Positions 48,201 through 58,223 of a stretch of DNA of 64,000 bases are shown here, one piece after another (the first letter of the stretch is position 1; every line of letters starts with the position of its first letter). Source of the DNA: Thermoplasmatota archaeon (GTDB taxonomy: Archaea; Thermoplasmatota; E2; DHVEG-1; B18-G2); assembly GCA_029259115.1 (NCBI GenBank), contig JAPDJO010000018.1, positions 17,937 through 81,936 of the forward strand, read 5' to 3'. Below the pieces are notes generated by a model, which saw only the letters and a list, made by a program, of their open reading frames with translations, searched no databases and was not told the DNA's origin. The translations under genes were made by a program, and so were the position numbers.

Positions 48201-48368
48201 GGATTGAGAGGAACAAACGGTTCTTACGCAGCATGGAGCTACAATAGAAGAGAATGATCCACTGGAAAGAAATTCGATATCAATACAAAATTCTTAAGGA
48301 GAAGATGGGATTTATTCAACACAGCACACATATACTGTAAAGGATTCATCAAGTATCTTGCTAGTTAG
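48201..48368 (+). pseudogene. possible decayed paralog of the 47817 gene
   Basis: Frame from 48201 reads ...SYNRRE*STGKKFDINTKFLRRRW..., similar to RIKLSTGKTYEIKPIFLKGRL upstream; internal TGA at 48255, no start. Confidence 0.4.
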
Positions 48369-48502
48369 AATAAGATGATATGAAGTTGCATGAGTTCAGA
48401 AATAACTCTGTTATCAGGACTGTTTTTAGAAATATAGGTGAGTAATCGCTGAAATATCAGTGACATAGCAAAAATTATTTCCCTCCCAGATATACAGGAA
48501 AC

Positions 48503-49651
48503 ATGAAATTTCCAGAAAAAAAGAAAAATCTAATGGAGCTTTTAAATGAAATCAGGATTTTCAGAGAAAGAGACTTCGAGTACTCTAGGATACTCGGAAC
48601 CATGTGTTCCAAACCAGACAGAGAATTGATCCAGATATATTCCGATTTCTTGGAAACAAATCTTGGAGATCCAAAGAATTTTCCCGGGACAAAGGAAATC
48701 GAGGATCATTTGATTGGCATGATCTTAGATCTCTTTCATGCACCATCTAGTGCAGGTGGGAGAATTGTAAGTGGAGGTACTGAAGGAAATATGCTAGCGA
48801 TTGCTATAGCAAAAAATCTCAGTAGAGGAAAAGAAGTAATAGCTCCAGATCATGTTCACTTCTCTTTCCAGAAGATAGCGAAGATCATGGGTGTAAAGTT
48901 GAAGATTGTTGAAACAAAAAATCATGTTATGGATGTGAATGTATTGTCGAGAAACATAACCAAAGATACTTTGGCTGTTGTATCTGTCGCTGGAACAACC
49001 GAGCTTGGACTTGTAGATCCTATACCAGAGATATCGGACGTATGCTATGATAACAATATCTTTTTCCATGTTGACGCCGCCTTCGGCGGATTTCTCGTAC
49101 CCTTTTTGAAAGATTTGGGCTATGATCTGCCTGATTTCGATTTTAAACTCAAAGGCGTAAGCTCACTATCTGTCGATGGACACAAGATGGGAGGATGCGC
49201 TATTCCTTTAGGTTTTTTCCTAGCAAGAAGAGAGGAATGGTTCAAGAAGATTGGGGTAGAGACTCCCTATGTGAGTACAGAATATCAATCTACTATACTT
49301 GGAACGAGATCCGGTGCTCCCGTAGCTTATGGTTATGCAAGATTAAAACTCCTTGGTAGAGAGGGTTTCATAGAGCAAGCAAAGAAGTGCATGGAGCTGA
49401 CAAATTACGTCAAAGAGAAATTAGAAGAACACGGTTTTACGTTATTCACAGAACCTACCCTAAATGTTATAGCGGTCAAAGTAAAGGATCTGGATAAAGT
49501 AGTCAAAGAGTTGTACGATAGGGGCTGGAGTGTTAATCCTATTAGGAGATTCTCTTCTTTCAGATTGGTGATAATGCCTCATCTGGAGAAAGAAATAATA
49601 GATAGATTTATCGATGATTTAAGGGATGCATGTAAAGAGGTGACAAAATGA
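48503..49651 (+). CDS. mfnA: PLP-dependent tyrosine/aspartate decarboxylase
   Basis: ILGTMCS.P, TNLGDP..FPGT, SGGTE.N, GTTELG.VD, HVDAAFGG, D.HKMG, GTRSG. Confidence 0.9.
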   Translation: MKFPEKKKNLMELLNEIRIFRERDFEYSRILGTMCSKPDRELIQIYSDFLETNLGDPKNFPGTKEIEDHLIGMILDLFHAPSSAGGRIVSGGTEGNMLAIAIAKNLSRGKEVIAPDHVHFSFQKIAKIMGVKLKIVETKNHVMDVNVLSRNITKDTLAVVSVAGTTELGLVDPIPEISDVCYDNNIFFHVDAAFGGFLVPFLKDLGYDLPDFDFKLKGVSSLSVDGHKMGGCAIPLGFFLARREEWFKKIGVETPYVSTEYQSTILGTRSGAPVAYGYARLKLLGREGFIEQAKKCMELTNYVKEKLEEHGFTLFTEPTLNVIAVKVKDLDKVVKELYDRGWSVNPIRRFSSFRLVIMPHLEKEIIDRFIDDLRDACKEVTK

Positions 49652-50208
49652 ATCTGCTTGAAAAATCCATACTGGAAGCACCGATTGTAAAGAAGGGGGA
49701 TTACAACTATATAATACATCCCTTAACTGATGGAATACCAAAGATAGATCCTGATCTTTTGGAAGAGGTAGCTCAGAAAATGCTTAGATTTATACCTCCA
49801 GATATAGAAAAGATTGTTACTATAGAAGCTATGGGTATTCCTCTAGCAACAGCTATATCATTAAGAATGGGAAAGCCTTTTACCATAATAAGGAAAAGAC
49901 AATATAATCTGCCAGGAGAAGTATCGGTAGAGCAGGTCACAGGTTACTCTAAATCGAAACTATTTATAAATGGTCTCAAGAAGGGAGACAAAGTGGTAAT
50001 AGTCGATGATGTTCTCAGTACTGGTGGAACATTAAGAGCTGTTCTTAAAGCTTTGAGAGAGATTGGAGTGAAAGTAGAAAATGTCTTGATAGCAATAGAT
50101 AAAGGTAAGGTCGCAGAGGAAATAGAAAATGAGTTCGGTGTTCCCATAATATCTATAGCAAACATAGAAGTCTCAGAGGGTAAGGTTACTATAAACTCTA
50201 TAAGGTAA
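49648..50208 (+). CDS. purine phosphoribosyltransferase (archaeal hpt/apt family)
   Basis: Y.Y.IHP.TDG.P, EAMGIP, RKR.Y, TGYS, VDDVLSTGGT. Confidence 0.9.
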   Translation: MNLLEKSILEAPIVKKGDYNYIIHPLTDGIPKIDPDLLEEVAQKMLRFIPPDIEKIVTIEAMGIPLATAISLRMGKPFTIIRKRQYNLPGEVSVEQVTGYSKSKLFINGLKKGDKVVIVDDVLSTGGTLRAVLKALREIGVKVENVLIAIDKGKVAEEIENEFGVPIISIANIEVSEGKVTINSIR

Positions 50209-50239
50209 GCTTTTTACAATATGAAATGTATTCGAAAAT

Positions 50240-50431
50240 ATGCCTCTCGAAATTCCAGAACATCGACACTGTCAAATGTGTGGAAGGGCTATTCCTCAAA
50301 ATGAGATATTCTGTTCCCAAGAATGTAAGGAAAAGTTTGAGAAGTTTGTGAGGAGAAGAAGGATTTTACTCCTGATAATGTATGCGATTATAATGGCTAT
50401 ATTCTTGGCTGTGGTTCTAGTAAATCTCTAG
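50240..50431 (+). CDS. DUF2116-like Zn-ribbon protein with C-terminal TM
   Basis: HRHC.MCG..IP....FCS.EC then TM helix. Confidence 0.8.
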   Translation: MPLEIPEHRHCQMCGRAIPQNEIFCSQECKEKFEKFVRRRRILLLIMYAIIMAIFLAVVLVNL

Positions 50432-50586
50432 TCTGCAAGTTCTTCTTGCAAGTCATTTATCATCTCTGTTAAAACATCTTCAAGAATAGGGTTTCTGTAC
50501 TCTCTAATGGATCCATCTGCTAATCTAGCCCTTATGACGAAATCCTTACCCTCCTTGATCACATCGATATGACATATCAGTGGCAT
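50428..50586 (-). CDS. small hypothetical protein (paralog of 40436-40651)
   Basis: 52 aa from ATG 50586, MPLICHIDVIKEG...REYRNPILEDVLTEMINDLQEELAD. Confidence 0.6.
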   Translation of the reverse strand: MPLICHIDVIKEGKDFVIRARLADGSIREYRNPILEDVLTEMINDLQEELAD

Positions 50587-50675
50587 CTTATCCCTACCAA
50601 AGCCAATCCCGTATTCAATATCTCTATTTATAACTTTTCGTGAAAGGTTAAAGAGTGAAAATCCTATTTCAAACC

Positions 50676-51548
50676 ATGCAGAGACTACCCGCGGTGGCTG
50701 GTCAATTCTATGCAGGATCAAGAAATAGATTGCTTGAGGAGATTAAGGATTGTTTCCTAGATGATAGGGGACCAAAAACTCTACCCGAGCTTGGAGAATA
50801 TAAAGGACTGAAAGGTGTAGTTGTTCCCCATGCAGGCTATGTATATTCTGGTGCAATAGCTGCCCACTCATACAAGGAGATAGCAGAGAATGATCTAGCT
50901 GACGTTTATTTCATACTTGGGCCAAATCATACTGGCATGGGATCTGGAGTCTCTGTTTATCCTTCAGGAAGATGGGTAACACCCCTCGGAGAAGTAGAGA
51001 TAAATGAAAAGTTAGCAAAAAGAGTAGCTGGAGGAATAATAGACATTGATGAATCTGCACATAGATACGAGCATAGTATAGAAGTTCAGTTACCTTTCCT
51101 TCAGTACATAAGTAAAGAGAGGAGATTTTCAATCGTACCAATCTGTATGGCGATGCAGGATTATGAAACTTCAAAGGAAGTTGGAGAGGCTATCGGAGAA
51201 ATTATCAAAGAGAGTGACGAGAAAATCGTGGTCATAGCAAGTTCAGATTTCTCGCATGTTGGCTTCCATTATCTCGATTACCCGCCAGCCGGAAAAAGAG
51301 TGGATATCTATGCAAAGGAGCAGGATGAAAAAGCTATAGATGCAATACTTAGACTAGATGAACAACTGCTTATAACAAGGGTGCAAAGAGAAAGAATAAG
51401 TATGTGTGGATATGGTTGCGTGGCCGCCATGCTGGTAGCAACAAAGAAAAATGATGCCAAGAAAGCTAAACTTCTAAAATACGGAACATCTTACGAAGTT
51501 TCACCTGCAGATTCATGCGTTGGCTATGGAGCAATAGCTGTATACTAG
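50676..51548 (+). CDS. MEMO1 family protein
   Basis: R.PAVAGQFY, PHAGY.YSG, GPNHTG, EHSIEVQLPFLQ, ASSDFSH, MCGYG, VGY. Confidence 0.93.
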   Translation: MQRLPAVAGQFYAGSRNRLLEEIKDCFLDDRGPKTLPELGEYKGLKGVVVPHAGYVYSGAIAAHSYKEIAENDLADVYFILGPNHTGMGSGVSVYPSGRWVTPLGEVEINEKLAKRVAGGIIDIDESAHRYEHSIEVQLPFLQYISKERRFSIVPICMAMQDYETSKEVGEAIGEIIKESDEKIVVIASSDFSHVGFHYLDYPPAGKRVDIYAKEQDEKAIDAILRLDEQLLITRVQRERISMCGYGCVAAMLVATKKNDAKKAKLLKYGTSYEVSPADSCVGYGAIAVY

Positions 51549-51558
51549 GTGTTCTATC

Positions 51559-52494
51559 ATGAGGAAGGTAGAGGACATGGATCTGGAGAAAGGCATCAGT
51601 GTAAACGAGTTAATAAAAGAAATGGATAAATCTGGAGGGTTTGTTGCAAAGAAATTAGCAAAGGCAGTAGATATAGCAGAAAAGATGATTGCAGATAAAG
51701 AATGTAAAGTGTTTTTATCATTTCCTGCATGTATAGTTGCAACAGGAGTTAGAGGAGTTATAAGAAAGCTGATAGAGAAGAAGTGGGTTGATGTCGTAAT
51801 AACGACATGTGGAGCTTTGGATCATGATCTCGCTAGAATATGGAGAGATTATTTCCATGGATCCTTTTTTGCAGATGATAGGGAACTTTACAGAAAGGGG
51901 ATTCACAGGATTGGAAATATCTTCGCGCCGGTAGATTCCTATGGGAAGATCCTAGAAGAAAAATTACAGCCTATGATAGGAAAGCTCTACGAGAAAAGGA
52001 AAGCTTGGTCATCTAAAGATATGATATGGGAGATAGCGAGTATGATCGAGGATGGAGATAAAGAGAAATCGATCATATTCCAAGCATGGAAGAATAAGAT
52101 ACCTGTATTTGTTCCTGGACTTACAGATGGAGCATTCGGCTCTCAATTATGGTTATTCTATCAAGATCACAGAGATTTTGTTATAGATTCTCTAAAAGAT
52201 GAGCAAGAGCTATCCGATATTGTTTTTACGTCAAAGAAGACAGGAGGTATCGTTATAGGTGGCGGTATATCTAAGCATCACCTGATATGGTGGAATCAAT
52301 TCAAAGGTGGATTAGATTATGCTATATATCTAACTACTGCAGTTGAATACGATGGAAGCTTGAGTGGAGCTCAAACCAGAGAAGCAATCTCCTGGGGAAA
52401 AATAAAGGAAGATGCTGATCATATTACTGTAGAAGGAGATGCAACCATAACTTTACCACTAATTGTTGCTGCCCTTTTGGAAAGGATTGATTAA
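51559..52494 (+). CDS. dys: deoxyhypusine synthase
   Basis: GGF.A..L, RIGN, TDG..G, GGGISKHH, DGSLSGA...EAISWGK, GDATI. Confidence 0.95.
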   Translation: MRKVEDMDLEKGISVNELIKEMDKSGGFVAKKLAKAVDIAEKMIADKECKVFLSFPACIVATGVRGVIRKLIEKKWVDVVITTCGALDHDLARIWRDYFHGSFFADDRELYRKGIHRIGNIFAPVDSYGKILEEKLQPMIGKLYEKRKAWSSKDMIWEIASMIEDGDKEKSIIFQAWKNKIPVFVPGLTDGAFGSQLWLFYQDHRDFVIDSLKDEQELSDIVFTSKKTGGIVIGGGISKHHLIWWNQFKGGLDYAIYLTTAVEYDGSLSGAQTREAISWGKIKEDADHITVEGDATITLPLIVAALLERID

Positions 52495-53291
52495 TATTTT
52501 CGTTGAAGAAATAGCGGCAGATACCTTAGAGGTTTTGGCAAGTGATTCTCGTATTTAGATTCTAGAAGTTCCTGAGCTGTCTCAACGCATAAGTTCACAA
52601 TATAATTGAAAAGTTTCCTTCCTAATTCCATAGTTGCCTTTGATGGATCACCAACATAACCCTCTCTGGCGCCGAGTTCTTTCAAGGTTTTTCTAAAGTC
52701 GAAGAGAGAAGTAGACAATCTAATCTCCTTTAGAGATTTATAACTTTTATCAACAAGATATGGATACAGGTACAGCATTATCGATGTTTCCTCCTTTCCA
52801 CTGTGATGAATGTTTCTTCCTTCGTAGAAGATTTTAGACAGTGGCTCTGCAACTCTGATATCCCTATTTTTCTCTACCTTCTTTATGGCTTCATGTATAG
52901 CCTTTATGTAAAAGGGATCAGCATGGAAGGTCAGTATCATAACATACCTAAAACCATGATTCGCGATGGATTTCAAAGTGTCAAGAATTATTTTCCTAAA
53001 GGCCTTAACATCCACAGATACACTCCCTGGTAGATCTAAATTCGCTCCGCAGTATCCGATTGCGAGAGTTGGATAGAGAAGCACAGTTATGGTTCTCTTC
53101 TTTTTTTTCAACCTGTTAATTACTTCTTTACTTATTTCCTCTGTGATAAACAAATCTGTCCCAATAGGTAGATGAGGACCATGAGCCTCTAAAGGACTTA
53201 TCGGAATTAGGACCAACGTTCTTTCCTTATCTAAACCCTCTATCTCTTTCCAATTCAACTCCTCCAATCTAAGAAGTTTCCTTTTCCTCAC
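52491..53291 (-). CDS. creatininase/creatinine amidohydrolase family protein
   Basis: E.HGPHLP.GTD, PG..S, H.G..ETS, G..GDP..AT.E.G. Confidence 0.85.
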   Translation of the reverse strand: MRKRKLLRLEELNWKEIEGLDKERTLVLIPISPLEAHGPHLPIGTDLFITEEISKEVINRLKKKKRTITVLLYPTLAIGYCGANLDLPGSVSVDVKAFRKIILDTLKSIANHGFRYVMILTFHADPFYIKAIHEAIKKVEKNRDIRVAEPLSKIFYEGRNIHHSGKEETSIMLYLYPYLVDKSYKSLKEIRLSTSLFDFRKTLKELGAREGYVGDPSKATMELGRKLFNYIVNLCVETAQELLESKYENHLPKPLRYLPLFLQRKY

Positions 53292-54172
53292 GTTATTACC
53301 TCACAACCATCTTTAGTGATAATAACAGTATGCTCATGCTGGCTCACTATACCATCATCCACCAATCTTGGGTAATGATATACACATCCTAAAGATATCA
53401 ATTTATTGAGATTTTCTCTCATATTTGGAAAATTCCTTGTGAACCATCTATCAGCAAATGGAAGGGTCCTAAATTTTTCTTTTATCCTTTTAGCCAAAAA
53501 TCTTAATCTTAAATCTCTGAATACAGGAGAGTGAACGTATCTATAAATGTTGCTCCAGCCTCTTGATTTGACATATCCAGAGCCTGTGCTTGCAAAAGGC
53601 TCTATAGCTACAACCATTCCTTCCTTCAATTTGATTTTGTCAGTAGTGAGAATGTTCGGTATGGATACCCCTGCATGTAGAATATATCTATTCAGGCTAT
53701 GGCCAGATAGATTACTAATTGGCCTAAAACCTTTTGATTCTATAGTTTCAGATATTACCTTGCCTAGAATTCTTACCTCTATACCATGTCTAGCAACATC
53801 TATTACTTTTTCGAGTGCTTCTTTCGATGACTCTATTAGATCGCTGTATTTATCTGTCTCGACCTCTATAGTTGACGCAGTATCAGCTATGTATCCATCT
53901 ACATGTACGCCCACGTCTATTTTTACAACATCCCCTTCCTTAAACTCCAAATGATCATCCTCATATCTTGGAGAAAAGTGAGCAGCAACCTTATTTATAG
54001 AAATGTTAACAGGAAAAGCTGGTTCTCCTCCTAATTCGTATATCTTCTTCTCTATCTCCTCTGCAACATCTAATAATCTAACTCCAGGCCGTATCATTTT
54101 GATTCCTAGCTCTCTAACATCTCTCGCTATCCTTCCAGCCTTTCTGTACTTTTCTAGTATTTCCTCATCCAT
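53288..54172 (-). CDS. map: methionine aminopeptidase type II
   Basis: PAFP.N.S.N..AAH..P, KID.G.HVDGY.AD.A, NL.GH, AIEPF, Q.EHT. Confidence 0.96.
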   Translation of the reverse strand: MDEEILEKYRKAGRIARDVRELGIKMIRPGVRLLDVAEEIEKKIYELGGEPAFPVNISINKVAAHFSPRYEDDHLEFKEGDVVKIDVGVHVDGYIADTASTIEVETDKYSDLIESSKEALEKVIDVARHGIEVRILGKVISETIESKGFRPISNLSGHSLNRYILHAGVSIPNILTTDKIKLKEGMVVAIEPFASTGSGYVKSRGWSNIYRYVHSPVFRDLRLRFLAKRIKEKFRTLPFADRWFTRNFPNMRENLNKLISLGCVYHYPRLVDDGIVSQHEHTVIITKDGCEVIT

Positions 54173-54755
54173 CCTGTATCGCCTTCCTTATCTCTTTTTC
54201 TGGTATTGCCCCTTCCCTCAATATTTTAATCTCACCAGATGTACAATCGACTATGGTTGAAGGTTTAGATCTTAATTCCCCTCCCTCTATGTAGAGTAAG
54301 TCTTTGCCAAATAACTTCTTTATCTCTTTTATACAAGAAGGGACTTTCTCTCCATGAATATTTGCACTAGTAACTGTAAGAGGAGAATAGTTTCTCAATA
54401 TTTTTAGGGCTATCTCGTTGTTTGGTATCCTAACGGCAACTTTATCCGAGTTTGCTGTAACAATATCAGGAACATCTTTCTTGTAAAGGATCAATGTCAA
54501 CTTTCCAGGCAGGAAATTTTTAGCCAGCTTTTCAGCAAGATCATTTACGTAAGCTATTCTTTTCATCTCTTGTACTGAAGGAACAGCAACAGGGAGTGGC
54601 AATGAGAAGGGTCTGTTCTTTATCTGATAGACCTTCTTCACAGCATCCTCGTTATAGATGCCAGCACCTAAAGCGTATAAAGTGTCAGTTGGATAAACTA
54701 TTAGCTTCCCCTCCCTTAGATGTTTGATTACCTCATTAATCTTTAACTCCTTCAT
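54165..54755 (-). CDS. tsaC: L-threonylcarbamoyladenylate synthase (TsaC/YrdC, no SUA5 C-terminal domain)
   Basis: YPTDTLYALG, K.RP, PG.LT, VRIP, TSAN..G, PSTIVD, LREGAI; 196 aa. Confidence 0.9.
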   Translation of the reverse strand: MKELKINEVIKHLREGKLIVYPTDTLYALGAGIYNEDAVKKVYQIKNRPFSLPLPVAVPSVQEMKRIAYVNDLAEKLAKNFLPGKLTLILYKKDVPDIVTANSDKVAVRIPNNEIALKILRNYSPLTVTSANIHGEKVPSCIKEIKKLFGKDLLYIEGGELRSKPSTIVDCTSGEIKILREGAIPEKEIRKAIQDG

Positions 54756-55224
54756 CTCCTTCCTTTTCCAGTTTTATTAAATCTCCGAGTGTTAAACCTC
54801 TGCTTGAGCCTGATCCAGAAACATGAATCTCTTCAATTTCTTCAAATAATGTGATACCTAGAACTTTCTCTATCTTCCTTGCTGTCTCATCAGATGGTCT
54901 AAGATCTCTGTTTTCCATTTTTGCAACAGCAACTGTAGGCTCTCCTATCTTCGCTCCTAACTCTTCTCTTGATAATCCTTTCCTTATCCTTCCCTCCCTG
55001 ATTCTTTCAGCCCAATCCTGAACAAGTACTTTCCTCATACTTTGGAATATCTCCTCACCGGTTTTTTCTTTCTTTCTTATAGCAACCTTTTGTATCCTCT
55101 GAGTAGGTGGCGGAGAAATCGGTTTTCCATACTTTGCACATGCTTCACAGACGACCATCTTGACTCCATCTATAATAACATGCCTCGGAGAACTTATCTC
55201 TTTTCCACACAGCTCACATTGCAT
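54736..55224 (-). CDS. mbf1: archaeal multiprotein bridging factor 1 (Zn ribbon + HTH)
   Basis: CELCG...VC..C.KYG, IR..R...G.S.EEL, E...L.P, TLGD. Confidence 0.9.
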   Translation of the reverse strand: MQCELCGKEISSPRHVIIDGVKMVVCEACAKYGKPISPPPTQRIQKVAIRKKEKTGEEIFQSMRKVLVQDWAERIREGRIRKGLSREELGAKIGEPTVAVAKMENRDLRPSDETARKIEKVLGITLFEEIEEIHVSGSGSSRGLTLGDLIKLEKEGDEGVKD

Positions 55225-55244
55225 GGATACCAATCTCCAAATAG

Positions 55245-56105
55245 CTATATCAAACCAGCTTTTTGGAGTAGGAGTAGATCCTCGGTGCTAAGCTTTTCAC
55301 CTCTTTTGAATCTCTCGAATATTTCCATTGCCTCTTTCTGAATAGCTGTTTCTTCTTTCCTTTTTCCAGCTCTCTTCATCGATGAGATCTGTCTCTCTAG
55401 CTGATGAATTTTGTCCACACATTCTATGAACTCCTTATGAATATTATCAGCATCTATCTTTGTGAAAACAATCTTTTCCTGTATCTCATCAACTTTTCTT
55501 GATAAAGCATCACATTCTTTTATCAATTTTATCATCCGTTCATGCTCTCTCTGGGCTTTTTCTGCTAATTCTTCAACTTCAGCATGTTGCTTTTCGGCTT
55601 TTTCCTTCGCTATTTTCACCTCTTCGAAGGCTCTCTTCAGTTTAATATCTTGAACTATCTTCTGTTCATACTCCTTTATCTTGGCATGCAACTTAGATAT
55701 TCTTTCTATAATCTCTTTTTCCTTTTGTGGAGACATTGGCTGGGTCATTTGTTCATGTTCCAATCTTCTAAGCTCTTTCTTCAATCTCTCAATATTAACT
55801 CCAAGAGAAACTGATTTCTTCCTTTCAAGTTCCTTCAGTTTCTTTTTAGCTCTGAGATATGCCTTATTTAGTTGTGCTCTCTTATCTTTTGCTGCCTTCA
55901 CTCTCTGATTAAGCTCGTCTCTTTTGGTTTTATGCTCTCTTATCCTTACTCTCAACTCCCTTATCTTGGCATTAAGTTCATCTCTCTCCTCAGCCAACTC
56001 CTTAGCCTTCTTGTGCAACTCGTCTCTTTTCCTCTTTAGCTCATTCGCTCTCTTCTGAAGTTCTTCTCTCTCCTTTTCCAGTTCTTCTATAGATGCATTG
56101 TTCAT
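55245..56105 (-). CDS. archaeal long coiled-coil protein (COG1340-like)
   Basis: Heptad repeats RDELN, C-terminal A.EIF.RFK.GEKLSTEDLL.LQ. Confidence 0.8.
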   Translation of the reverse strand: MNNASIEELEKEREELQKRANELKRKRDELHKKAKELAEERDELNAKIRELRVRIREHKTKRDELNQRVKAAKDKRAQLNKAYLRAKKKLKELERKKSVSLGVNIERLKKELRRLEHEQMTQPMSPQKEKEIIERISKLHAKIKEYEQKIVQDIKLKRAFEEVKIAKEKAEKQHAEVEELAEKAQREHERMIKLIKECDALSRKVDEIQEKIVFTKIDADNIHKEFIECVDKIHQLERQISSMKRAGKRKEETAIQKEAMEIFERFKRGEKLSTEDLLLLQKAGLI

Positions 56106-56238
56106 CGCTCTACCCTCTTAATAATTTGATAAGATTAAGCTTTTATAGGTAAAAGAGAGGTATTTCTTAAGTATTTCGTCTGATTCCTCTCTATAAAGGT
56201 AAAGTTTATATCCACAATCTGAATTTTACAGGCTACCT

Positions 56239-58221
56239 ATGAGAGTAAAGGTTCTGATTATCATAGCAACTATTCTACTTTCTCAAATCCCTATTTTAAC
56301 GAATGCTATCGAGGAGGGGCAAGTTCATCTGTTTTACAGATCAGTAACCGTATATGCACCAGCAGTCGCAAAAACTGAAAATGGGCTAGTCGGAACAGCA
56401 ACAATTATCACTGTCACTGTGCAAAATGGCACTGGATGTAGCGGTAAAGTCTTCGTTGAAACTGTCCCCCTTACTGAAGTAGATATGCAAGGTTCTGCAA
56501 GATTGGCTGTAAGCGTTGCTGGTTCCCTAACTGGAATCGATATATCCGACTACGATTTCTTTTTCGTCATAAAAACATCTGCTCCTATCATAGGTGGACC
56601 TTCTGCAGGTGCGATAATGACGGTGGCAACTATAGCAGCTCTGGAGGGTTGGGATTTAGATAACAGGACCATGATGACAGGAATGATAAATCCCGATGGT
56701 AGTATTGGACCGGTTGGAGGTATAAAAGAAAAGATAGATGCTGCCTATTCTGTCGGAGCAAAGAGGTTCCTAATACCAAAGGGTCAAATGATAGTCTATA
56801 CTACGATTACAAAGACCATAAAGCAGGGAGGGTGGATAAGGATAACCACAGAGAGAAAAAAGATAAACGTATCTGAATACGCCAGAGAAAACTATGGTAT
56901 AGAAGTAATAGAAGTTGAAGATGTGAATGATGCTCTCTATTACTTTACAGGGCACAGGTTCGAGGAGCCGAAGGTGGATAAGAACATAACAACAGAGAAC
57001 TATACCACCTCAATGAAACCCTTAGCTGAACATCTCCTCTCTAGAGCCAAGGAAAGTTATGAAAATGCAAGCAAACTTTTCAACAATACAAAGGAAAGTA
57101 TTCCAAACTTCTTCCCTTTTAATTATAGGGATGATATAGAAGATAGTTTGAAGGATTCCAAAGATGCATTAATCGAATCGGAAAGATCTTACAATCAGAG
57201 TTTATTTTATTCATCAACCAGCAAATCGTTCCAATCTCTGATTAACTCTCGATTCGTTAGATATGCATGTGAGTATTTCTCTTCTGATGATAAGAAAGAT
57301 TATGTCAGATCTGTACTTGAATATACAAAGAATCTGTTCAATGCAAGTAAGAGGCTAGCTGATAATGCAGGCGTATCAGGAATGGTTTCTCTTCAGTGTG
57401 TAGGCGCAGCGCAGAAGAGATTATTCGATGCAGAAGACCACATAAAGGATGCTGAGGATGATTACGCAAAAGGTAATTACCTAAGTGCTCTGTACAGATT
57501 AGCTTTTTCCATCGAGAGATGTAACAGTGTCGGATGGTGGATCAACATATCGAATAAGTTCGAAGATAAGATAAGTTTAAACAAAACTCAACTCGAAGAA
57601 ATTGCAAATAAATATTTGGATCTGGCTAGAAATTCTGTTATTTACTCCCAGATAATACTCCAAGAGATGGGAGAACATTCTTCTCTCCTTGATGATGCAA
57701 TCCAACTTTTAAGTGAGGCAGAAAGTGAAGTTGGAAGCTATCCGGCCTCGTCTCTCTTTACTTCTCTCGAAGCTTTAACGAAAGCGAATCTAGCAATAGA
57801 GATAGTGGGAGGAAACGAGCAGGAGAGATTGGAAAGGACAAAAGATAAGGCAGCAATCGAAATAGGTGAAAGCAGAAATTATGGTATAGAACCGGTACTT
57901 GCAGTGAGTTACTATGAGTTTGCTGAGACTTTAGAAAACGAATCCTTAGTTGATTCCATTGTCTATTACAGATACGCCCAAATGATAGCTGGCGCCCTTA
58001 GATTTGCATTATTCCCTGCAGAAAAAAAGGAATCTAGGTTCGAGGGAATTCCACCAATTAACCCCATGCCAAGTTTTCTACCAGAAATAGAAGAAGTTAT
58101 ATCATATATAGCTTGGATAGTCGCCTATATCGGTGCAATTCTAGTAGTAATAGTTATAGCTATTTCGATCATATCAAGTAGGAGGAAATTTAAGAGAGAG
58201 TTCCCTCCAGAGACATGGTAA
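56239..58221 (+). CDS. archaeal Lon-like S16 serine protease, secreted and membrane anchored
   Basis: Signal peptide, Q.SAR.A, GGPSAG, TG.INPDG.IGPVGG..EK (Ser-Lys dyad), C-terminal TM. Confidence 0.88.
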   Translation: MRVKVLIIIATILLSQIPILTNAIEEGQVHLFYRSVTVYAPAVAKTENGLVGTATIITVTVQNGTGCSGKVFVETVPLTEVDMQGSARLAVSVAGSLTGIDISDYDFFFVIKTSAPIIGGPSAGAIMTVATIAALEGWDLDNRTMMTGMINPDGSIGPVGGIKEKIDAAYSVGAKRFLIPKGQMIVYTTITKTIKQGGWIRITTERKKINVSEYARENYGIEVIEVEDVNDALYYFTGHRFEEPKVDKNITTENYTTSMKPLAEHLLSRAKESYENASKLFNNTKESIPNFFPFNYRDDIEDSLKDSKDALIESERSYNQSLFYSSTSKSFQSLINSRFVRYACEYFSSDDKKDYVRSVLEYTKNLFNASKRLADNAGVSGMVSLQCVGAAQKRLFDAEDHIKDAEDDYAKGNYLSALYRLAFSIERCNSVGWWINISNKFEDKISLNKTQLEEIANKYLDLARNSVIYSQIILQEMGEHSSLLDDAIQLLSEAESEVGSYPASSLFTSLEALTKANLAIEIVGGNEQERLERTKDKAAIEIGESRNYGIEPVLAVSYYEFAETLENESLVDSIVYYRYAQMIAGALRFALFPAEKKESRFEGIPPINPMPSFLPEIEEVISYIAWIVAYIGAILVVIVIAISIISSRRKFKREFPPETW

Positions 58222-58223
58222 GC

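Noticed and set aside
55245-56105. SMC-like or cytoskeletal novelty
   Set aside because: No ATPase motifs; matches a common archaeal coiled-coil family next to mbf1
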